Positions 31,865-43,437 of a stretch of 64,000 bases of DNA are shown here, piece by piece. Each line of letters starts with the position of its first letter. The stretch's first letter is position 1. A program made the translations under genes and the position numbers. Source of the stretch: Epithemia pelagica (taxonomy: Eukaryota; Protista; Bacillariophyta); contig OX337239.1 in assembly GCA_946965045.2 (NCBI GenBank), positions 1,302,001-1,366,000 on the forward strand, in the 5' to 3' direction. The notes beneath the pieces are model-generated. The model saw only the letters and a list, made by a program, of their open reading frames with translations, was not told the origin of the DNA and searched no databases.

Positions 31865-33439
31865 TTACAGGCCCTCTGAAAATTGAATCAGCGCTTCGAC
31901 CGATGCCTTTGCATCGGTGTACCTTTCCATCATCGTCATCCCGGGAAGAATACCCCTACTTCGCAAGTGCTTGCGCCAGCGGTTGTTCATCTCGATTACG
32001 TGCGGGTCGAGTTTTCGATTCTGCGCTGTAGTGGTGGCTCCTCGTCTGAAAGATCGCCGAGCGCTAAATTCCTCCTCCACCTTGACAGTCTCGGGCAAGA
32101 TGTCAGGGCGCTGATGTTTGATCCGCTTCCAAAGCCCGTGAAATAGGTTATCCAGGTCTCCGATAAGTGCTCTCTGAATCTTCCCGTTTTTGGACACCCT
32201 CCGGAATAATGGTCCTTGTGTGATCTTGCGAACGTTCAGTTCTCTAATCGCTCTCTCAATCCATTTGCGGATTTCTATCCCAGAGCTTGACTTGTCTGCC
32301 AAGGGTTGGATGTACAATCGGAACGTTCCATCGGTCTGTTTGAATCTTCCTGCTAACGCCAACGGAACATGAGACACCGTTGAGCAGTAAAGTCCTTCCT
32401 CCCAGTATTTTCGCAACAATCCAACGTCTACTTGAGGGATTTCTTCTCCTCGGAGAGCGGCGCAGAAACCGATAACGACAAGAGCCCCCGTGAGAGCGAT
32501 CTCCAACTTCCTTTGTCCTTGGGGGAACCCCAACCATTCTTTCTCAAGGATACTCAATCCACACAGTACTTCTTCAAGCGTAACCGCCCTGTCTGGAATC
32601 CAGACGTCCCCCATGCGTCGATCGCAGCCGGCCATAAACCTTTTAAACCAAAAACTATTGGTTGGGCTGGAGGTAAACATGATGGACGATCGGTCACCAG
32701 ATCCCATGGTCGACAACCCTGTTCCTCCAGGTAGAGTATGTACAAAGTTTGAGACCACTGATTGGACTTTCCTTGCCGTCTCGAATTGAATATGTTTTGC
32801 ATTGCGACCTTCTTGTAAACTCTTCATGAGCAAGATACAAGCAATCGCCATTCCGAACGAGTCGCCAATTGCGAACGGGCCACGATGAGGCAACGGTTTG
32901 CTCAGACCAATCAAGTCCGCCGTCTTCTGTAGATTTCGCATTTCTCTCCAATTTTTCTCTACAGTCGAACGCTCTCTCGCCCAAAAGGCATCGAGGATCG
33001 CTCGTCGCACACAAGTCGCCAACAACTCGTCCTCCTTTGAACCGTCTCTCTGATATCGCCCCTTCATGTTGTAAAACATACAATCATCACATTGGAAGGG
33101 ACACATGAAATGGTCACCTTCCCTGGCCTCTCGAAAACGCTTAGTGTCATCTTCAAACTCATCGAGTCCATTTGGATCCACCAGCGCGTCATCAAGGTCT
33201 CCGGCTTCAAGAACAGGAAACCGATCCTCCTCTGCCTGTGTATAACAGGTGGAATGCCACGCTCCAGTGCATCGTTTGCTAGTGCCCCGTGTACATCCAA
33301 AATTTGCGCATACAACTCCCGTCAAAGGGAGAACTGGATGACCACACTTGCGACAAGCCGTTGTGGACCGCATCCAGTACGTGTCTTGCTCTTGAGACTT
33401 GCCATGGCCTGTGAAAAAGGTGGGAGTGAACGAACGCAA
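31865..33439 (-). CDS. Tyrosine recombinase with a Cys/His-rich N-terminus
   Basis: ALRGEE (first catalytic Arg), RSFRRGATT (HxxR-equivalent, His absent), NRW and MERYTD (catalytic Tyr). N-terminal CRKC..CANFGC..C..WHSTC..CPFQCDDC. Confidence 0.85.
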   Translation of the reverse strand: MRSFTPTFFTGHGKSQEQDTYWMRSTTACRKCGHPVLPLTGVVCANFGCTRGTSKRCTGAWHSTCYTQAEEDRFPVLEAGDLDDALVDPNGLDEFEDDTKRFREAREGDHFMCPFQCDDCMFYNMKGRYQRDGSKEDELLATCVRRAILDAFWARERSTVEKNWREMRNLQKTADLIGLSKPLPHRGPFAIGDSFGMAIACILLMKSLQEGRNAKHIQFETARKVQSVVSNFVHTLPGGTGLSTMGSGDRSSIMFTSSPTNSFWFKRFMAGCDRRMGDVWIPDRAVTLEEVLCGLSILEKEWLGFPQGQRKLEIALTGALVVIGFCAALRGEEIPQVDVGLLRKYWEEGLYCSTVSHVPLALAGRFKQTDGTFRLYIQPLADKSSSGIEIRKWIERAIRELNVRKITQGPLFRRVSKNGKIQRALIGDLDNLFHGLWKRIKHQRPDILPETVKVEEEFSARRSFRRGATTTAQNRKLDPHVIEMNNRWRKHLRSRGILPGMTMMERYTDAKASVEALIQFSEGL

Positions 33440-36400
33440 CTATGAGAGGTTCATGTTGGCCTTTCGACCACAAATAACAATCAACGGGAATTGTGAACAC
33501 GATATCCGCGATTTTCCCGAGTTTTTTGCGCCATCGATTTGACATGAGAGCAGGACAAACAAAGATATGGGAGTTATCGGGACGGATGTGATGTGAGTCA
33601 CACATCAAATCTACAGCAACGTCAGCTATCGCTGGTGGAGGATTCCAAACGTAACATCCTCGTTCGAAAGCCTCGTCATACCACATGTGCGGCTTCAACT
33701 TCGTCCACTGCAACCCGGCCGTGTATTGTAGCAGCCAATCAATGGCCCCTGGAAATCGATCTTCCGAGCTCAAATGAAGAGGAACGTGGAACAGCATTGA
33801 GTCACCTGCCATCACTCCAGTGAGCAAGTCTCCTCTAGACAGACCATCGGTGCCTTGGTCAATCATCCGAGTACCCGCTACCCACACTACTCTCAGGAAG
33901 ACGTTTCCGTTCATTTCTAACTTGCGTGCGCGAAGAACAAGTTCAAACAGCAAACGCGACGATGATGTCCCTCGATAGAACGCCGCTTCCGAAGTCGCGT
34001 TGTCGGTGAAGAGAAAAACTTCTGTCCCCACCTTCAATCTACCGCTAGTCACCAAAGATTCCAAACGGAGTATCAGATTATACAGTTCGCGAAAATTTGA
34101 AGATCTTGCACCATACTCGCGTGTCCACAAACCATGTTCTGTGTCCACGTCGTTGCTGCCATACAGCCACATCGACGATCCAAACCCTTCACCTGAGGCA
34201 TCTCCAAAAATGATGACTACTTGCGAGTGCTTGCGGGGACGAGCCAGGAGTCGAGGTGGTGAATCACCTGCTGTCAGGTGTGCCAACGCCTGAACATCGT
34301 CGTTGAATCGTCTTGCTTTCTTTACTCGCGCTGGGGCAGGTCCTTGAGAGACTGCCTTCAGAGTCTCATCTGTAAATAATGCATCACGTTCCTTTGGAGA
34401 CAACCGCCAGCCCTCCTCATTTCGGTCTGGCCGCCAAGACTCAAGCGTCAGATGAATGCCCTTGAGGTAAGGTACCATGCTCTGAAAAGTCAAGGAGACA
34501 TAAACCAGAAATCCTCGGATTTTTTCTAACTCCTTGCGATCAATTTCTTCGTCTGAAGCAGCCCACTCCTCCAGTCGTTGAATGTGGCCCTTCGTTTTGT
34601 TCCATCTTTCTTCGGAGACTGTCTTGAATACCGCATCTCCTGTTGTTTCGACTACTGCACCGGCCCATGCACCCGGGGTTTGACTTGGGGGACGCCGTTT
34701 TCGTGCTGCGTCTTGAAGGCCAAAGTACGATGCCCCCTTGGCCATTGCACTTGAAGCCAGCCACGCTTCCTCGCGTGTGGGTGCGGTTCCACGCAGGTCA
34801 TCCACATAGGTGTGAATATCCGCGGCTATTGAACCATCTTCCCTAACCTTGCATATCCACGGTTTGGAAGGATCGTACTCAACACTCCCAGGTAAGTTTA
34901 ACTCTACGCGAGCCCACCTGAAAATGTTTTTCTTGTCGAGTCTGCAACCAAAGATTACTCTTTTGACTCGTTGGGAGCATTGGGTAGTTTGATATGGCGA
35001 TACTGTTATCCCCATGGCGCATCTGACCCAAGCCTCCCACTTTCGTTTCTTCCCAGACCCGACGTCACTTTCTTCTAGAAACAATGCTGTGAGATCCACC
35101 CCCGTGTACTTCCTAATTTCTGGATGAATCCAGAAATTTAGGAACATCTCACCAAAGTCATTATCTGCGGACCAGGTTGTCACGTCGACTGATCTCAACA
35201 TCGAATCCACCGTGGCTAGACTGAACCAGGGGGCATGGAGAGAAGCGTTGAGTCCGCTTTTCGTTCCATCATACACCATCCGTATGTCGGTAGGACCCTT
35301 GGGGACTGAGAAGAAACTGGTAAGCGAGAGGATGCCAACTTGTGGGGCAATGTACCCTCTTTTTCTGACCTTGCTGATTTTCTTTTTCTCCAACTCCCGG
35401 CTTTTCTCGTCTGGATTGTTCCGCTGTGGGATTCTGTATCTCGGTGGAGGTCCTATCCACATGAGTTTTACCCCGCCCCGCATTTCGACATGCCACACTC
35501 GATCTGACATGCGCCAGAAGAACGGCGAGGAACCAGAGTCCCAATCCCACCAGGACGCCTTCGAGACATGATGCATAGCGCTCAGTCCTGCCTCAATTGA
35601 GGCCTTCTTTTCCCTATCATCCAACCCTTTTCTATGGAGTCTCCACCATGACCAAAAGTCGCTGGCAATATTCCTCTTCCAATATCTCAACGCGCCTTTC
35701 CGAATACTGTCGAGCGCTTTGATCATTTCTTGCACATCAGAAAACGCCTGAGGTTTGAACTTTGAAAGGATCCGATCATTCCATAGATGATACGGGATTT
35801 CCGCGTCATCGGATTTCGTGGCCTTCAAATTTCGGTCCTCCTCTTTAGTTTCAACGGCCAACTCAACAATCAAAGAAGGGTCCATGTCGTCTAGAGTGGA
35901 CGGTTCCTCCCACTCTGTCATTCCTGAGTTCTCCTTCTTGATTATAGTCGCTGGTCGTTTTTCATTTCTTGGAGGTTCTGCATCATTCTTCAGTGGTTGA
36001 CTCAAAAACCGTCGAATCAAATGGATCACTTGCATTCTTGATTTGAAAGGGGGGCCCACTTTATTGACCCAACGATTCAGGTCTTCTTCCGATGCTTGTT
36101 TGCTTATGATTGCTGGAAAGTCGAGAGCGAGGGAAAGTTCTCAGGCGCCCAACCGTCTCGAGACAAAACCCGTTGGCGAGAATACACTGGGCAAGACATG
36201 GAATGCATTCTTGTCTTCCTTCCACTTCAATTTTCGATTTAACATTGACGTCGCGTCGCCCTCCGTCGCTTTGACTCTGCCATGGAGCGTGTGATCAATG
36301 ATGCCGCGCACGCTCGTGAATTGCAAACCTGCCTCAATGGCCCCATCCCACCAATTCTCGAATGTTGTTTCCTCCGGTCCTTCAGTCGGTGTCCTTGAGC

Positions 36401-36899
36401 TGATATAGAACCAATCAATCCGCGTGGTCACACCGCCCAGAATGCCATGGTCCATTTGCCATCGGGTGGTGCACCAACCCATGTCCAAAGGCGGTCCTGC
36501 ATTGGGTCGACTCTTCCACCACACTACAATTTGTAAGTTCGGTGTTTTCCAAACTGGGTGTTGAGGTCCAGGTGCCATTTCGTCGAACAACACAATGCGT
36601 GTAGCCGGATAGCGAAACAAATCGTCGTTGACGTTCATGGTTGAATCGCTATTATTCACCATGTATTCGCTTCCCCTCTTTTTTCTTCCCCACGTCTTCT
36701 CCCTTGGTTTTGCCAACTTGAGTAAAACCCAATCTCGATGTATTGGATCCTCGCCCTTTGGCGGGTCTGAGATACTATCAATCCAATTTACCGATCCAAG
36801 CGAGGCCGTGGTCCAGAACCAAAATGGAATCTCTCTACATATCAGACCGAGGGAGCATCCACTTGTTCCTACTGGCAAACGCGAGTGTTTGCTTTCCAT
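33279..36899 (-). CDS. pol: RT, RNase H and Dam-like MT domain, interrupted by one TGA at 36141-36143
   Basis: RMVYDGTKSGLN, DNDFGEMFLNF, MGITVSPY, YVDD. RNase H FGDAS, NFRELYNL, FTDN, GTDGLSRG. MT motif VWNPPP..FVCP..RW. ORFs 36141-36899 and 33279-36059 share a frame (offset 840 nt) and read through RRLGA*ELSLALDFP. Confidence 0.85.
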
Positions 36900-37055
36900 A
36901 ACGCCATCGCTTTCAAGAGGCGATTCGGAGCAACGTCTCTTCGCTAGCTTAACATCGCTAACCGCTAGCGTTGATACCTTGTCCGTTTTTTCCTGATTGT
37001 TTTCGTCTTCATAAAATTTGCGTTTAGTACTGTGAGCGGGATCTCTTGCGTTTTG

Positions 37056-39056
37056 TCATTTCTTGGCCTCACCACTCGTTCCCGCCTTGCTTCCTCCTCC
37101 CGACCTCTTTTTGTTAACGGACGCAACTGCTTGATTCACCGATCGGGTTATCTTGTCAAGCTTTTCGTCGAACGAGTTGCGTAATTCGTCGAACTTCGAT
37201 CGTGGAGTGGAAAAGCGAATGAGATTTTCATGGAGAATTAACGCAATGCGAGGGTGCCCGCTGAAATCATGAGAATGATATTCTCGCATGGTTTCATGAG
37301 CCTTCAAGGTGCCCCAGAGCATGCCACCCGGCGTATTGGAAGCTCTGCCTGGGGCTCGGGCGTCCCGCAAGCTTTTAAACACAGCACGAACGCAGTGAGA
37401 TATGAGTATCCATACCTCATGCTCCGTCGCGTCACTTTCCTCTTTGATTTCTCGGTGGTAGCGAACCATCCAGTGACACAGCTCGTCCCAGAACGTTTTG
37501 CTGAGAAGCAAAAGTTCACGAGCCACACTGGATGGTTCCGACCCGAATGAGAACAAATCCCCGATAGCTTGCTCTAAGGTCTTGCGTCCGTCCTTTGCAT
37601 AGTCGAGCACTCGCTGGTGTATGCCCTCGCGACCAGAAGGGGGGTGAAAGTCGACAAATTTTGGGACTCCCGCCAAGGCGCGAGAGTTAGTTGTCATTGA
37701 CGAGTCACTGCCCTTTCCCAAGAGAGGGGGCACCTCGAGAATGAAAGATGCAATATAAGCGGTGTGGTAAGGAGTCTTGTCCTTGACTCTTGCCGTGGTT
37801 GCGCGTTGATTCGCCGCCTGACCTTCATCCGTGCTTGCGTCGGAAGTAGCAAGAGACAGTAAAGAAATGGCGTCTATAAACACGTGAGGATCGCCAACCG
37901 CCGAATGCAGAGTGAGCCAGGTGTCGCAAAACTTCCGTGAAGCGAACACAATCGAGCCGACAACGATGGCGTCCGATTCGGATTGATCTTGCAAATCCTT
38001 GACATCCGCCTTGAGCTTCTCAATTTCTTCTTTCAAGGCCGTGATAACGGATCCTCCATTTGTTGTTGACGCGGTTGCATTTGGTGGGGAGAGTGGAGTA
38101 GCCGACACTCCGGTCGTTCCCCAAGCAAACATCAATGTCGCTGTGGGTTGGCCCAAAGGAGCCACTGCCGTTCCTCTTGATTCCAACATATCGATCCGCC
38201 GCTTCAAGTCGCGTAACTCACCATCCCATTTTCCTCCAGGGTTAGACGTGGTCAAGGAAGACCGAGTGAGAAGTCGCATCGTGGGCTCTACAAATCGAAG
38301 CCGAAAATCTCCGGTAGTCATAAACCGTTCGATCTGTTCCGAGACAATCTTCTCCACGTTTGTCTTCAGGTTGGCCAGATGTCCTTCCATGGTTGAAATT
38401 CGTCCCAGTACTTCAGCTGAGGGAGTGGAACTCGCGGCCTTCTTTGAATCTTCCAACATGGAGGCCAAAGTATGAGTTGAGGAAGTCAGTTGGTCTATCA
38501 ATCCGAACGCAGACAACGTTCCAAACAAGGTGGGCCGCTCCCCTAGGAGTTCGTGAAGTACCGACAGTTTCATATGGACAGTGTCCAACTGTTCATCATG
38601 TTTCCCCCGGAAGCTTCGACGCAGCACCTTTTCCTCCTCAACAGCCGACTTGAGCGCCGATACATTGGACAGCAAGTCTCGCCACGCGCCTTGCGAAAGA
38701 GTTCGAAACGCGGGCGTGGGTTGATTCCCCAAATCCTCTGGAACATCGATGAATGCCACAGATGCTGCGGCTCTTTCCATCTTCACGGCTGCGAGAGTAT
38801 CCGCCACCATTGAATCCTCCCCTGACCTTGACGCAACATCGGGAATTAGAGTGTCATCAGAAGGTGTTGGGAGACGCACTTTCTTTCGGGCAGGGGTGTA
38901 TACGAAATTGATCCCCGTCTTGGTGTCTTCAAGGACATGAGCCACCACCTTGCTGTCCACCGTGTCACTTCCTGACGCCATGGCCGACTCCTTCAGAGCT
39001 GAAAAGGTTGCCTGCCAAGAGTGGACTCGTAGGAGGACTTTGGGGAGTTGTTGCAT
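37056..39056 (-). CDS. gag-like ORF1 of the DIRS-like element
   Basis: 666-aa ORF directly upstream of pol, with coiled-coil segments and a globular C-terminus (LWGTLKAHETMREY..HPRIALIL). Confidence 0.7.
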   Translation of the reverse strand: MQQLPKVLLRVHSWQATFSALKESAMASGSDTVDSKVVAHVLEDTKTGINFVYTPARKKVRLPTPSDDTLIPDVASRSGEDSMVADTLAAVKMERAAASVAFIDVPEDLGNQPTPAFRTLSQGAWRDLLSNVSALKSAVEEEKVLRRSFRGKHDEQLDTVHMKLSVLHELLGERPTLFGTLSAFGLIDQLTSSTHTLASMLEDSKKAASSTPSAEVLGRISTMEGHLANLKTNVEKIVSEQIERFMTTGDFRLRFVEPTMRLLTRSSLTTSNPGGKWDGELRDLKRRIDMLESRGTAVAPLGQPTATLMFAWGTTGVSATPLSPPNATASTTNGGSVITALKEEIEKLKADVKDLQDQSESDAIVVGSIVFASRKFCDTWLTLHSAVGDPHVFIDAISLLSLATSDASTDEGQAANQRATTARVKDKTPYHTAYIASFILEVPPLLGKGSDSSMTTNSRALAGVPKFVDFHPPSGREGIHQRVLDYAKDGRKTLEQAIGDLFSFGSEPSSVARELLLLSKTFWDELCHWMVRYHREIKEESDATEHEVWILISHCVRAVFKSLRDARAPGRASNTPGGMLWGTLKAHETMREYHSHDFSGHPRIALILHENLIRFSTPRSKFDELRNSFDEKLDKITRSVNQAVASVNKKRSGGGSKAGTSGEAKK

Positions 39057-39863
39057 GTTGCATCCATGTTGCTTGTTGTTGTTCGGAACTCGGTTGTTGT
39101 TTTGTTGTTGATTGCGATCCGTGTGATTGCCGTGTTTGCTGTAAACACTCTTTCATGCATTGCTGATCTATGCCAAAGGATTCCAGCCATCGGACTCCAT
39201 TTCAATTTACATTCTGTCAAGCATAGTCATCTTGTATTGTTGCTTCCTTGTTTGCTGTTGTCGCGATTGTTGTTGTTGCCTCGGAGCGTTTGGACCAACC
39301 CGACGAGGCTTTCATTTGCTGTGTTTGGACCACCGTGATTGAATGCACCCCTGCTTGGGGGGAATAATAACTCACAGGCTGTTACTACAGATCCGTAAAG
39401 ATAAACATTTGAGAAAAGACAATGACCTATGCCACTCCGAGTAAACGAAACATAGGAAAAGGATACACCATGGTACGAATAAGTTGAGAGCGTAGCTGAA
39501 ATAACTTTTCTAGCGGGGCAAAGAGGTGGCGTTCGTCTGGCCACGAAGCGGTGCCAAAAAGACATACACAGAAAACAATGACTACGAGGTCGGGAAGACT
39601 TGGCTAAAATGCTTTGTCTCAAATGAAAAAAAAATGTCTCCTGAACACTGCACACAATCCACTGAAGAATCGCTTGTCATGCGTAATCCTTGGCTAAAGG
39701 AAGTCTCGTCGCAACATGGTTGGAATGAATTGACATAAACGCCAGAAACTTGCGTGGCATGTACGTATTAGCAGTGCCCCGACCGCAATCTTCCATGGAA
39801 ATCAATCCAACAGAAGTTGCTGGTTCAGTCAGACCGATTCACTCGTGCGAGTGACAAGATGTA

Positions 39864-41940
39864 TCATCCCTCCACGGAGTCAATCGAAATGGTGCTGACA
39901 CTCTCGGTTCTCGCAGTGTCTTCCCCAACACCACCTCCACCTTCTTGTTGTTGTTGTTGTTGTTTTGTCCTGCCTCTGCTAGTGGTATTAGTAGTAATAG
40001 CACGCGAGCCATTGAGTTCTTCCAATTGTTTCAAGACTTTAAGAATTTGAAAGGTTTGCCGTTGTTGCCGTTCGTGTTGTCTCTTTGCCCCAAGTACAGA
40101 CGAGCGCAAGAGGCCCCAATGATAATTGACCTGTTTAGATCCATCTCGTTCTTGAATAAAGTAGGTTTCCATCTCTCCAATTCCCTTGACCGGGACCATG
40201 CCCCGGCGCTCAAAGACAAATTCGTTGTTCGATTGTCGTCGGTGTTGTTGTTGATCGTGTTGAAGAATCGAGTCTACTACTGCCTTGGTGACTTGTACTT
40301 TTCCCGGAACGCCTGTCGATTCCATGCGACTCGCCACATTCACCGCATCCCCCCATACATCGTATAAGAATCGTTTCGTGCCCACCACACCAGCCACGAC
40401 AGGACCCGTGTTGATGCCAATACGCATGGTCAATGGAGTCCACGCTTCATGTTCTTGAGAGGAAGAGAACTGCTTCTCTTCGTCTTGATTGTAGTCTTTT
40501 ATGCATTTGAGCATGTCCATGGCAAAATGACAGACAGCAGCGCATCTCTTGTGCGGATTCGTTGAAGAACCGTGTTCGTCGGAGGGAATGGTGGTAACCA
40601 TGTAGCAATCACCAATGGTTTTGACCTTGTTGAGTCCATACTTGTCCAATTGCTGATCAAAGCGAGAAAAAATGGAATTGAGCATGGTTACTACTTGCAC
40701 TGGACTTGCATGTGTGCTCCTTTGAGTGAATGTCGGCAAACAAAATAGTAGCTTGACCAAAATGATCGGCAATGTGGGGAGCACTATCGTTGCCATTCTG
40801 GGGATCCTTGTCAATTAATCGCTGGGCAATTTCCTGAGGCAACATATTGAACAAGAGTTGTTGTGCAGCCGTTTGTTCCACAGCCAAGCAAAGGGCTTCT
40901 TGTTCTTTGGTAGAATCTTGAATGACACACGAATAAAGGTCCTTGTCCAGTGTTGTGACACGGACACGACATGGAAATTCGGTACCATCCAATCGTCGAG
41001 CCATGAGATGATAAGAATGGGAGGGTTGTTGATGCGGATGATTCATTAGAGATTGCTGTAAAAAGAAGGGCGTCTGTGGGTTTGCTCCTTCGGCGTTGTT
41101 GTCGTTTTGGCCATCGATCCATTCGGATATCGATTGTCCGACGACGGCAAGTGATGGTGACAATGGTTCATTCTTTTGGGCGATGTCCTTCTGAGTTTCT
41201 CCCAGGAACAGGTCTACCCAGGCGGTATTGACAGAAACAATGAGACCCTCACCATCAGTCACCACTGTCGCATCCAATGTATCCAAACACTGGGAGGACG
41301 ACCACGACGACGTCGAGTAACAAGCCGAGGAGGAGCGACGCGGTGGGCTCTTGTTGTTGTTGTTGTCGTTCGTATTGTTGTTGGTTGGGGTACTATGGCC
41401 GTCGTGCTTGTTCTTCTTAGTATTATTGTTCGTAGCTTGCAATGACTGCGATGTCGGTTGCGTCGGATTTTGTTCATCGCCGGTGGTCGCCTCGGCCTCT
41501 CGACACACAATCAGAAATGCCTCCTTGTCGGCCACGTTTTTGAATCTTAACCAATAGGGGAACCTCGGTCGGAGCGCTTTCATGTTGGCTCTGGTTTTTT
41601 CGTTTTCCCCAGAGTTCCATTTTGTTGTTGTTCGAGTTGGAACGACGACGCCACTCCGATTGGTGCTGCAAAAGACTTTGGGGAGTCATTACCGAATCGT
41701 CCTTCTCAGGACTAGTATGCTGATCATTCGTTTGAACGACCGTTGGGAAAGAAAGAAACAGGACAGGTGTTGTCCTTCCATTTTCCACTCATCCTTTGTG
41801 TTCTGGTCACCCCCAAAACAGGTACGGGCGGCCTCATTTACCAAAACAACACGCCCCTGTTCGTCGGCGACCAAGATGGCATCCCAGCTGGCCTCAAGTA
41901 TATCCAAGGACGAGACAACGGGGGACGAACAAGACGACAT
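39864..41940 (-). pseudogene. PAS-PAS adenylate cyclase pseudogene (frameshifted)
   Basis: PAS (ILEASWDAILVADEQG) and a second PAS (RRLDGTEFPC) are in different frames. A small deletion near 40735 breaks the ADIVGFT motif (ADI|FTQRSTHASP). The C-terminal cyclase half KVKTIGDCYMV..YDVWGDAVNVASRMES is intact. Confidence 0.8.
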
Positions 41941-42422
41941 AGTTGTGTTCTTTCCAAAGAGAAGTCAAAAGTCAAATCTCTTTGCGATGTGGCTACTGTT
42001 CTTGGTGTCTCTATTGTCTAGACTTGAGACTTCTTTCTCGCTTTGTCGTAGCTGCCAATTATTGTCTCTTGGGGCTTTGGGCATGGAGCATGGATCACTT
42101 CTCTCACTGTCCGTCGCAATTCGCCATTTCACAGGTCGCTCTGCTTTTTTACGTGTTATCGTGGTGACGATGCCGAGTGACGAGAGCGAATTTTGTTCTC
42201 TTTTTGATTTTTTCTGACTCGTGACTCATGATGTAGTACACATCAAGGATATAGTTATCATTTTGCGGGATACAACCTATTGAGAATATTCGAAGGGACT
42301 AAGGAAAGATAGTACTGTCTGTTTCCTGAATGATGAATGACCCTATTCGTAAAAAAAGGAACCCCTCTATCCTATTGTTGTCTAATGATCTTAAATCTGA
42401 ACACCAATGCACGCCTAGCTAG

Positions 42423-42826
42423 GTAGGAGTAGGTAGGAGTACTCCCATTGAACCACTTAGATAGAAAGGGCACTGCTCTACTCCTCAAAGAGAAAAACGA
42501 GATTACTTCTCTAGGACTAGGAGAACTCTTACTCCTCCTACCCCTAGCGAGGATCCCGCTGCAAGATATCCAATCTCAAGTCAATCCCCAATCCCCAACT
42601 CCAACTGCAACTCTAGACACTGGACCCTCATCGTCGTGATCTGGAATTAATAGGAGTAGCAAGGGTCATTCATGTGTTCGAATCGCGAATAGGCACGCAG
42701 TTCCCTCTATTTATTCATCAGTCCGTCTGCCTGACGGTCCGGCACGAGCGTGTCGAATGTCGAATGCACCGGTCTTTCTAACCAAAACAACTACCCCTAC
42801 CTACTCACCCTCCTACCTACTCCTAC
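42423..42826. repeat. 17-bp inverted repeat pair (GTAGGAGTAGGTAGGAG) bounding a 404-bp non-coding segment
   Basis: 42423-42439 and its reverse complement at 42810-42826. Low complexity, no clear TSD. Confidence 0.5.
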
Positions 42827-43437
42827 TCCTAGTACTCCTATTCGCATTGTGTGCTTGTTCGACTCGTCCTTGATGTGAATGATTATGATTTATGATGTGT
42901 ATGGGTTGCCGATTGCCGATAGTCGAGACTGTCGCTTCATCTCAAAGTTCCTTGCTTCCCTTTCTTACAAAGGACTGCTTCTCTCTGATTAGTCTCTTGA
43001 TGTGGTGCGTGCTGAGGCAAATGGCACGGGCCCCTTGGCACGTGGAACAATCATCTCGCGTGGCGTCCAATCTTCGGCTCGGAATTCCGCGAACATGCAC
43101 ATTTTCTAATCACCAGGAAACCCTGAACAATCTATTGCGAATATTTGGGATGACATTGTTCGTCCATTCAAGGAAACGTGAAATAAAAGTCGTAGTATGT
43201 GATTGGAGCAGTAGAGACAAGTACTATGAACGTTCGAACATTATGATAACCTTTTAAACCCCAAGACCAAAGTACATCCCCTTGTGTACAAAACTTCAAC
43301 CACTGCCACTTTCTTTATCTATTATAATATGATGTGGTATGACATGTTGCCTTGTCGTGCCTGTGTATCCGATCATAGATACGACAAGTTATGAACAACG
43401 AAAAAATAGAACACCTATTCGGAACCCCTGACGAGTC

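Larger units (their letters stand above)
31865..39056 (-). mobile_element. DIRS-like tyrosine-recombinase retrotransposon (gag-like, pol RT-RH-MT, YR); termini not resolved
   Basis: Three same-strand ORFs in DIRS order, with pol and YR overlapping (33279-33439). No terminal repeats were identified by eye. Confidence 0.85.

Noticed and set aside
31349-39500. Terminal repeats (ITR/ICR or split direct repeats) of the DIRS-like element
   Set aside because: Only short matches (CAGATCC, G-runs) were found by eye, so boundaries are left unassigned. A self dot-plot would be decisive.
42421-42840. Interstitial telomeric repeat
   Set aside because: The TAGGAG/TAGG units are irregular and do not form a canonical TTAGGG-type array.
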